Assembly (NCBI GenBank): GCA_030608565.1
Contig: JAUWDY010000001.1
Coordinates: forward strand, 15,457-79,456
Origin: Candidatus Bathyarchaeota archaeon
GTDB lineage: Archaea; Thermoproteota; Bathyarchaeia; Bathyarchaeales; Bathyarchaeaceae
Direction: 5' to 3'
Length of the DNA: 64,000 nucleotides
Part shown: positions 19,478 to 25,970 of the stretch, piece after piece
How the letters are laid out: each line of letters starts with the position of its first letter
Position numbering within the stretch: position 1 is the stretch's first letter
Translations under genes and position numbers: made by a program
Notes under the pieces: model-generated
The model's input: only the letters and a program-made list of their open reading frames with translations
Databases searched by the model: none
Told to the model about the DNA's origin: nothing

Positions 19478-19987
19478 TCATTTTTTCCTAAATGCAAAAT
19501 ACAGGATAATCCCAAGTAGTACTAAGAAGGCAACAGCGGTTATCATCGTAAACATTTCTTCACGTTTCTGAATCTCGGATTCCAATCGGAGCTTGAGATC
19601 TGACACATAAGAAGCCACCTTGCTGATTGCTTGTTTTGGGTTAGCTTTGTCAAAAAGTATGTACTCGAGCCCAGCGAGGAGCCCTCCGATTTTCTTTTCG
19701 ATTTTCCTCTCCACCATTGGAATTATCGGTTTTTTGATTATTCTAGCTGCACCTATTTCTTGATTCACAAATTGAGAACGGGTTCCCATATAGGTTAGCA
19801 ATACAACCATACAGTCAGAGGATTTTATGTTATCGATAATCTTTTGGGGCAGGTTCTTCCCGGGTTGAAGATGCTCTTCAGCCAAGTAGACAATCATTCC
19901 CGCTTTCTTAAGGTCGTCTCGAATGCTCGTGACTAGTTTCATATCCCTTGTACTGTGACTAACAAAAACTTTGTATCTCATGAGCAA
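19478..19987 (-). CDS. TIR domain protein with a C-terminal transmembrane helix
   Basis: 169 aa. It has YKVFVSHSTRDMKLV...DCMVVLLT...SQFVNQEIGAA with a candidate catalytic Glu, and a C-terminal hydrophobic helix ITAVAFLVLLGIILYFAF. Confidence 0.7.
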   Translation of the reverse strand: MLMRYKVFVSHSTRDMKLVTSIRDDLKKAGMIVYLAEEHLQPGKNLPQKIIDNIKSSDCMVVLLTYMGTRSQFVNQEIGAARIIKKPIIPMVERKIEKKIGGLLAGLEYILFDKANPKQAISKVASYVSDLKLRLESEIQKREEMFTMITAVAFLVLLGIILYFAFRKK

Positions 19988-19998
19988 CGACCGAATTC

Positions 19999-20084
19999 TT
20001 TCTAAGTATCTATTTTATAGTTTGGTTTAGAGAATATAAGCTTCTAAGATTCTTCCTTACCTTGGAAATTATAAAGTTAGAAAC
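19999..20084. repeat. island intergenic repeat, copy C
   Basis: TTTCTAAGTATCTATTTTATAGTTTGGTTTAGAGAATATAAGCTTCTAAG...GGAAATTATAAAGTTAGAAAC, between divergent gene starts. Confidence 0.8.
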
Positions 20085-20092
20085 TCTCTCGG

Positions 20093-20641
20093 TTGAGCAA
20101 CATGGCAGTGAAACATCATACATTTGTTTGTGGCACTTCAAAGAGTAAAACGGAGGATGCGTATTATATTAGAGCCAAAAATCGATTCTGGCGTAGCCTC
20201 TGCGAAGCAGATATTACCGATAGACAACTTGAGCCAAAGGAATATCGAATACTAGGTAAGAAATATGGAATCTACCTGACAGATATTGTTGATCGTGACA
20301 GTTATATCATAAGATATGATAGGAAAATAGAACCTTTTCATCTGAAAGATGGCTTGAAGAAATTATTCCATAAAATCGATGAAGAGAAGCCAAAGAGAAT
20401 TGGTTTTACTGGGAAGAATGCTGCAACTTGGTTCTATCGATATTTGAATGATCTGGAATTAACAAAGTCTAATAATCCTGCACATAAACGAATTAGAAGC
20501 AATCTGGGAGATTACGGTCTTTTAGATTGGAAATATAAGAACGTAGACTATTCCTTGCTAACTAACACTCACAGAGACTGGCTGCCAGAAATATGGTTGG
20601 ATTTCTGGCAACGTTGCAAGTATGATGTGGATCATTTGTGA
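20093..20641 (+). CDS. uracil-DNA glycosylase superfamily protein (MUG/TDG-like, divergent)
   Basis: 182 aa. NRFWRSLCEADIT..LEPKEY..LGKKYGIYLTDIVDR resembles the MUG NxFW...G(I/L)T(D/N)L(V/I)xR pattern. The canonical GINPG motif is not conserved. Confidence 0.5.
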   Translation: MSNMAVKHHTFVCGTSKSKTEDAYYIRAKNRFWRSLCEADITDRQLEPKEYRILGKKYGIYLTDIVDRDSYIIRYDRKIEPFHLKDGLKKLFHKIDEEKPKRIGFTGKNAATWFYRYLNDLELTKSNNPAHKRIRSNLGDYGLLDWKYKNVDYSLLTNTHRDWLPEIWLDFWQRCKYDVDHL

Positions 20642-20698
20642 GCGTAAGAGAGTAGGAAAAGGAGGAAATGACAATGCATGCAGGCCAGCTCTAACAGA

Positions 20699-20732
20699 TT
20701 TCTAAGTTTTTACTTTATATTGAGTTTAAAGC
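20699..20732. repeat. island intergenic repeat, copy D (left half only)
   Basis: ATTTCTAAGTTTTTACTTTATATTGAGTTTAAAG, between convergent stop codons. Confidence 0.7.
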
Positions 20733-20734
20733 AT

Positions 20735-21202
20735 TCATGCAATTAGTTTTGCAGCTTGGTTCTCTCGCTTGGTTATCGGATTGACTGATCGTCCATATTC
20801 AGCGATTCCAGCAAGAACAAGTATGTCACATATGTGTGGTGCTGACTTCAAATCTACATGGCGATCTGGATAGATTTCTTTTGCCTTCTTCTGGATTTGC
20901 CATTCTATCGTGTCTGGATCATCAGCATAGAATCTTGTTCCTAATCTAGTCCATCTGCCTCTGTTTCTTCTGAGGACTTCCAGAGCGGTCTCAAATCTCC
21001 AGAACTCCAATCTCAGGACTGTAAATTGTTTACTGAACTCTATTTCTATGAACTGTTTTACCTCATTAACACGAATTATCTTGAAACGTTGAGTTTTCGT
21101 CTTGAAGATAGTTCCTCTAGGTGAATCTAAAGACTGGCTACGATTCGACTTCAGCCATTTTAGGAGACTTTCATCCATCAATCTTACCGCCTTACAATAC
21201 AA
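20735..21202 (-). CDS. hypothetical protein
   Basis: 155 aa single-gene cassette flanked by repeat copies D and E. I recognise no family. Confidence 0.4.
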   Translation of the reverse strand: MYCKAVRLMDESLLKWLKSNRSQSLDSPRGTIFKTKTQRFKIIRVNEVKQFIEIEFSKQFTVLRLEFWRFETALEVLRRNRGRWTRLGTRFYADDPDTIEWQIQKKAKEIYPDRHVDLKSAPHICDILVLAGIAEYGRSVNPITKRENQAAKLIA

Positions 21203-21207
21203 TTGAG

Positions 21208-21283
21208 GTTTCTAAGCTTCTAGTTTATAAGTTAAGGTTTTTATAGACTTCAAGTTTTTCCTTTGGCTTAGAAAGTTATAAAC
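21208..21283. repeat. island intergenic repeat, copy E
   Basis: GTTTCTAAGCTTCTAGTTTATAAGTTAAGGTTTTTATAGACTTCAAG...GGCTTAGAAAGTTATAAAC, between divergent gene starts. Confidence 0.8.
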
Positions 21284-21317
21284 TCAAAAGACTCTAGATA
21301 ATCTTTGAGCGATAAAA

Positions 21318-21971
21318 ATGAACCCTGTCTTACGTGAGCAGATTAATGTGCCAAGAATTTGTGATGCAGCTTGCTTGAGGAAGTTCAAGACTTTGCTCTC
21401 ACAATGTTTCACAGTAGAAGAAGACAGCATTCCCAGCCACATGACATTCAAAGCCAGACTTAGACGAACCGGTCTACCAAGAGAAGTACACATCGAAATT
21501 TTCACAAATGAAAACACTGAAATCAAAGGATCTTCAGAAATAGAACCCTTTTTCCAATCCATCCTTCTTGAGCTGAAGCAGATATTTCAGGAAGCAACCA
21601 ACATTCTGAGCACGCAAAGCGTTGTGCGCGTGAACAGAGCTAGAAGAATAATGGCATATATGAGGACCATCTCTGTTGGAAGTGAGGTCGAAAGGATGGT
21701 GATTGTAACGTTGTGTGATGTAATCCTAGACCTACTGGTGACGGAGAAACTCTCCCTTTTTACTCATAAAAGACAAGATTTAGAAGATGAGAGTGTTGGA
21801 GTAAAAGTTGGGAAGTTAGAAAAACAATACAGAATTCCTGTTTACAAACCTAAAGCAATTCGCGACATTAGAGAGCTCAGAAACAGAGTAGCGCATGGAG
21901 GCATATCACCAATAACAGAGGAAGCTACTTTTGCTAGGGATACAACCATCGAAATATTTGAACTATTCTAG
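21318..21971 (+). CDS. HEPN domain protein
   Basis: 217 aa. The C-terminal Rx4H motif is IRELRNRVAHGGISP. Its stop is 3 nt before the next gene. Confidence 0.6.
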   Translation: MNPVLREQINVPRICDAACLRKFKTLLSQCFTVEEDSIPSHMTFKARLRRTGLPREVHIEIFTNENTEIKGSSEIEPFFQSILLELKQIFQEATNILSTQSVVRVNRARRIMAYMRTISVGSEVERMVIVTLCDVILDLLVTEKLSLFTHKRQDLEDESVGVKVGKLEKQYRIPVYKPKAIRDIRELRNRVAHGGISPITEEATFARDTTIEIFELF

Positions 21972-21974
21972 ACG

Positions 21975-22844
21975 GTGAGATATTTGGCTCCAATAGTGAT
22001 AAAAGTAAATAAGGATCAAATTTCGCTACTGAAACAGCTACTTATCAGCAGAATAGATGTTAAACAGCTCAAAACGACTAATCCATACGAAGTATTCAGA
22101 GTCAAATACTATGATTGCTTGATCATCGGGTATACAACTGGCAAGATAGTCGCTAACAAAGAGACTGCGAGGACGCTAATCTCAGGACTACTACCCAAAA
22201 TCTCCAGAGAGCCAGACAGAAAATTGGTGATAGGGTCTGACGAAGCTGGTAAGGGAGAATGGTTAGGACCAATAGTTGTTGCTGCGGTAGCTGTCAAACC
22301 AGCCCAATCATTTGAACTTCAAGCTGCAGGAGTAATGGACAGCAAAGAATTATCCTTGCCTAGAATCCATGAACTCGCTAGTTTCATCAGAGATAATCAC
22401 TACTTGAGAAAACATGTTATAATCACTCCAAGACGGTTCAACGAACTATTTGACGAACTTAAGGATGAGAATAGAACATTGAACGATCTTCTGGCTTGGG
22501 GTCACTCTACAGCAATAGGAGACATACTTGAATCGGTGCGTCAAGATAATGAGAAGATCAGAGTAATTATTGATGAATTCGACAGAATTAAGACTGAACA
22601 GCGCTTACGAAACGTTTTAGACCAGAGTGAAGTTGAAGTCATTCAACGACCTAAAGCTGAAGAAAATATTGCTGTAGCTGCTGCAAGTATAATCGCTCGC
22701 GACCTGAGGGAAGACTACATAGACTTGCTATGTAAGAGACTTCAAAGAGATCTAAGAATTCTGACGGTTGAAGATGCTATTGCAGACGAGAGGGCCACCG
22801 AATACTCCAAAATCAGCTACTTGAAGAAGCGAACACAGATGTGA
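21975..22844 (+). CDS. RNase HII/HIII-family ribonuclease with an RNase HIII-like N-terminal domain
   Basis: 289 aa. It has VIGSDEAGKGEWLGPIVVAAVAV (DEAG[KR]G..GP), MDSKELS and VAAASIIARDLRE. The N-terminal LIIGYTTGKIVANKETA resembles the RNase HIII N-domain. Confidence 0.7.
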   Translation: MRYLAPIVIKVNKDQISLLKQLLISRIDVKQLKTTNPYEVFRVKYYDCLIIGYTTGKIVANKETARTLISGLLPKISREPDRKLVIGSDEAGKGEWLGPIVVAAVAVKPAQSFELQAAGVMDSKELSLPRIHELASFIRDNHYLRKHVIITPRRFNELFDELKDENRTLNDLLAWGHSTAIGDILESVRQDNEKIRVIIDEFDRIKTEQRLRNVLDQSEVEVIQRPKAEENIAVAAASIIARDLREDYIDLLCKRLQRDLRILTVEDAIADERATEYSKISYLKKRTQM

Positions 22845-22893
22845 TGTGCGTTTAATAATTAATTCGGTGGTCAGGAAATAGGAACTGGTAGGA

Positions 22894-24423
22894 ATGGGCT
22901 TGAAATTAGACCAAGCAAATGAACTTGCCCAACAAGCCAGTCAGAAAATGGATGCTGGTGATTTTGAGGGAGCACTCAATCTTGCTTATAGAATTCAAAG
23001 TCTTGGGTCGGATTATCGTGTGTCTTATTTAGTAAGTGGACTTCTGATAGACATTGGATTTGCGCTAGTCAGAGAAGAGATAGTAAAGGAAGGTGTTGAG
23101 CTACTTGAAAAGGATTTTGAATCGATAATTAGTTGTAAGGAATATGCACCTACGACATATTACAATCTTGCAAATGGCTATTACAATCTTTTCCGTTTCA
23201 AAGTTGAGAAGAATCCTAATGCTGCATATTTCAGAGAGACTGAGTTGGATCAAGCAAGAATCTACTATAGACAAGCGCTAGAATACGACTTACAGAATAA
23301 AGTGTTTGCGTCGAAAATCTGGGTGAACCTTGGAAATTGTTTTGACACTCTTGGTAGAGTGGTTGATGCTTTGGAATGCTATGAGGAAGCCTTAAAATGG
23401 AAACCAGATCATGGAATGGCTCTGGGTAACAAAGGAATAGCACTGCGCTACTACGCCCTAGTTTCTGGTGAGCATCAAGCAACGTACTTAATAGAAGCCT
23501 ACTTCCTTCTGTCTCAAGCCTTGAAGCTGGGTGTACCCCCTGAAACTGTTGACACTTTTTCGCAGTATTTGGAAGATATCAAGAGACGCTTTCCAGACAA
23601 AGGAACTTTGGAGAAACCACCCCAATATCCAAGGTATAGAATTGATGCAGAATCGGATGTCGAAAGGTTCTTGGTCGAGTTTTGTTTGAAAAACAAACTG
23701 TTTTTGAATGTCTGTGACTTTTGCCAAAAGTGTGGTGCTGCCATTGGCGATACAGCGGTAATAAAGCGAATGATTGTAGAGATGCGCAAAGAACCAAAGA
23801 AGAACTCTCTAAGAGACAATCGCTATCTTCGTTTGTCAGAGTATTTGAACCAGATCAAACAAGATTATGTTTCTGCGAGGTTCTTGCTTGTTCTTTCGAA
23901 GTATCAAGGATTGAACTTGAATTTTGTAGATAGACATGTCACAATTATTGATACACTTGACCAATGCATGCATAGCATTTATATCCAATTAGTGAAGACA
24001 TCATTCAAAAGCTTCTATGACATCCTAGATAAAATTGCATGCTTCATAAATGACTATTTGGAGCTTGGCATTCATGAGACGCGTGTGGATTTCAGAAAGA
24101 TATGGTACATTGACCTGAAGAAAAAGGAACTTCGCCAGAAAATCGAAGAGAGAAAGAATCCTAGCCTCAACGCGTTGTTTGACATACATAGAGGCTTTCG
24201 GAGAGACGGTCCATATGAGAGACTGCAAGACACTAGAAATGCGCTAACCCATAGATTTGTCAACATCAGAACCTCCCAAGAATTTGAAGATAAGAAGAAT
24301 ATAACAGAAGGCACACTAGTTAAGCGCACATTAGAACTTGCGAGAATAGTAAGAAGCGCAATTATTTATCTGCTGTACTTTGTAGATTTCGAAGAACGTA
24401 AGAAAGAACGTGCACTGAAATGA
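22894..24423 (+). CDS. TPR-repeat N-terminal + C-terminal HEPN (LA2681-like) domain protein
   Basis: 509 aa. TPR-like repeats are present (NLGNCFDTLGRVVDALECYEEALKWKPDHGMALGNKG). The C-terminal Rx4H motif is LQDTRNALTHRFVN. Confidence 0.6.
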   Translation: MGLKLDQANELAQQASQKMDAGDFEGALNLAYRIQSLGSDYRVSYLVSGLLIDIGFALVREEIVKEGVELLEKDFESIISCKEYAPTTYYNLANGYYNLFRFKVEKNPNAAYFRETELDQARIYYRQALEYDLQNKVFASKIWVNLGNCFDTLGRVVDALECYEEALKWKPDHGMALGNKGIALRYYALVSGEHQATYLIEAYFLLSQALKLGVPPETVDTFSQYLEDIKRRFPDKGTLEKPPQYPRYRIDAESDVERFLVEFCLKNKLFLNVCDFCQKCGAAIGDTAVIKRMIVEMRKEPKKNSLRDNRYLRLSEYLNQIKQDYVSARFLLVLSKYQGLNLNFVDRHVTIIDTLDQCMHSIYIQLVKTSFKSFYDILDKIACFINDYLELGIHETRVDFRKIWYIDLKKKELRQKIEERKNPSLNALFDIHRGFRRDGPYERLQDTRNALTHRFVNIRTSQEFEDKKNITEGTLVKRTLELARIVRSAIIYLLYFVDFEERKKERALK

Positions 24424-24474
24424 CAAGCATGCATGTATAGGTACGTGCAAAAAAAGGGAGAGTTTGTCGGGCAT

Positions 24475-25734
24475 CTAGAACCTAAACTCTCTCCGTTTCC
24501 ATACTACTTGCATTCTCAGGGCTTGTGCGAATCCTTTGTCAACTGTTTCCTCACTCATTCGGCCATAATACTTCTTGAGCATGTCGACACTGATCCAGCC
24601 GAGAATTTCCGCGGTGAGTTCATAACTGTAGTTTGTGGCTTCCAGCATGTCTTGAGCTGCTGTGTGCCGCCATATGTGAAAGGGCATCCCTCTCCATAGG
24701 TTTTCTGGGATTCCTGCCTCTTCGTAGCACTCTTTGAAGAGCTCGCCGACGGCGCCACCGTTGAAGGGAAACCATAGGCCTTTTTTCGGCTTTCCAAGGG
24801 CCTCATGCAAATTCGTAAATTCCGTTAGGAACTCTCCAGCAGTGCGCTTCCTCCATTCTATGCCGCCTTTGTCGACTACCGTCTGGATGGCTATCGGGTT
24901 GTGCCATTCCATGTCTTGTATCCTCGCTTGGAGCGTTGCCTTCTTTCTGGACCCCCAATAATAATAGGCCTTAGGCAGCAGTAACATCCTCTTTCTTAGG
25001 TGAGGCTCGTCGCCGAATTTTATTCCGCCTCGATATGCTCGCGTCTTGCAAGTCCAATTGTGCCTCGTCTTTTCTTCTAGCACTCGCATGAATGCGGTTC
25101 GCTGTTCAGGGGTTAATCTTGCCCTGGACCGCTTCGGTTCTTGGAAACTGCTGGGTATTCCTTTGATTGTTAGGTACTCCGCGCTTAACGCGTGCATCGT
25201 CTGAAACCATGATCTGAAAGTTTTCTTTGTGTTATCTATGCCCATGCGTTGTATGCCGTACCGCGTCTGGGTCGTGATTTCTCCGCGTTCCACTTTGGCT
25301 ATGAGGATGACACATTCTTCGATGTGCTCTTGATTTAGGTGTGAAGGATGTAGCCTGAGAACACAGCATATTTTATGTAGGGAATGGATTCTTTGTTTAA
25401 GGTACCCGTGTGAAACTTTTCTGTTGTACGCTAGCATGTCTCTATATCGCTGCACCGCTGGAATCTGCTCAAAAACCGTGTAATCCATCTTCGCTGGGGT
25501 CAACGTGGAATCCGCCAGCGTCATCAGAATTCCATTGATCTTCTTTCTGGCAATTTCTTCGAGCCTCGCATAGATCGTCTTCCGCGACACCTGAAGCTTC
25601 TTTGCCAATATCGTAACCGAATCCGTTGCATACATCTCGATCGCATGTAACAGCTGCTCTTTTGTCACCGCTTTGGGCCTTCCAACCTTTCCATGAACTC
25701 GCTGAGAAACATCATAAACTTTAACATGTTTCAC
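24475..25734 (-). CDS. tyrosine recombinase / integrase
   Basis: 419 aa. The C-terminal catalytic box is FHIWRHTAAQDMLE...LGWISVDMLKKYYGR (HxxR...Y). The N-terminus is HTH-like (LAKKLQVSRKTIYARL). The start codon is GTG. Confidence 0.85.
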   Translation of the reverse strand: MKHVKVYDVSQRVHGKVGRPKAVTKEQLLHAIEMYATDSVTILAKKLQVSRKTIYARLEEIARKKINGILMTLADSTLTPAKMDYTVFEQIPAVQRYRDMLAYNRKVSHGYLKQRIHSLHKICCVLRLHPSHLNQEHIEECVILIAKVERGEITTQTRYGIQRMGIDNTKKTFRSWFQTMHALSAEYLTIKGIPSSFQEPKRSRARLTPEQRTAFMRVLEEKTRHNWTCKTRAYRGGIKFGDEPHLRKRMLLLPKAYYYWGSRKKATLQARIQDMEWHNPIAIQTVVDKGGIEWRKRTAGEFLTEFTNLHEALGKPKKGLWFPFNGGAVGELFKECYEEAGIPENLWRGMPFHIWRHTAAQDMLEATNYSYELTAEILGWISVDMLKKYYGRMSEETVDKGFAQALRMQVVWKRREFRF

Positions 25735-25800
25735 GTTCTTTCACCTCTTACGATTTTCCAAAACCCGTATTCTCCAATAAGGCTGCCGTCGATTCTCATC

Positions 25801-25850
25801 TTTTCCAGCCTTTTTCCACCTTTTCAAACCTTTTCCCGTCTTTTCCAGAC
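25801..25850. repeat. five tandem, exactly 10-bp-phased repeats (iteron/arm-site-like)
   Basis: TTTTCCAGCC TTTTTCCACC TTTTCAAACC TTTTCCCGTC TTTTCCAGAC, lying 67-116 nt upstream of the integrase start. Confidence 0.85.
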
Positions 25851-25925
25851 GTGGGATAAACCGTTTTCAAGCTTAATTTCAAAAAACAAACGAAAAACAA
25901 GCTTTGTGAAAAACTAAAAAAAAAT

Positions 25926-25957
25926 TATAGGGGGGTCTATAAAAGAGAGAGAATAGC
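25926..25957. repeat. copy 1 of a ~30-nt inverted repeat shared with 49126-49160
   Basis: TTATAGGGGGGTCTATAAAAGAGAGAGAATAG. The reverse complement of 49126-49160 reads GGGGGGCTATAGGGGGGTCTATAAGAGAGAATACG. The two share a 17-nt exact core, TATAGGGGGGTCTATAA. Confidence 0.85.
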
Positions 25958-25970
25958 ATCATGTAACGTG

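Larger units (their letters stand above)
5320..25960. mobile_element. putative integrated element / defence island, tyrosine recombinase at the right end
   Basis: A dense run of nuclease, HEPN, TIR, NTase and HerA-like genes. The sequence is visibly more AT-rich than its flanks. It carries island-specific intergenic repeats and ends with an integrase (24475..25734) plus an iteron-like array. The left boundary is not defined by a recognisable att repeat. Confidence 0.5.

Noticed and set aside
16001-21283. Intergenic repeats considered as a CRISPR array
   Set aside because: The copies are 0.5-2 kb apart and separated by whole genes. They are about 90 bp and imperfect, and no cas genes are present.
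23231-24329. Multiple 67-101-aa minus-strand ORFs inside the TPR-HEPN gene
   Set aside because: They overlap one another and are antisense to a 509-aa ORF with TPR and Rx4H motifs. They are shadow ORFs in AT-rich DNA.
5424-25734. Calling the island a bona fide integron
   Set aside because: The cassettes are in mixed orientation and often contain several genes. The repeat ends (TTCTAAG/GTTAGAA) do not fit RYYYAAC/GTTRRRY exactly. I cannot show IntI-specific features in the recombinase. I keep this only as an analogy in the findings.
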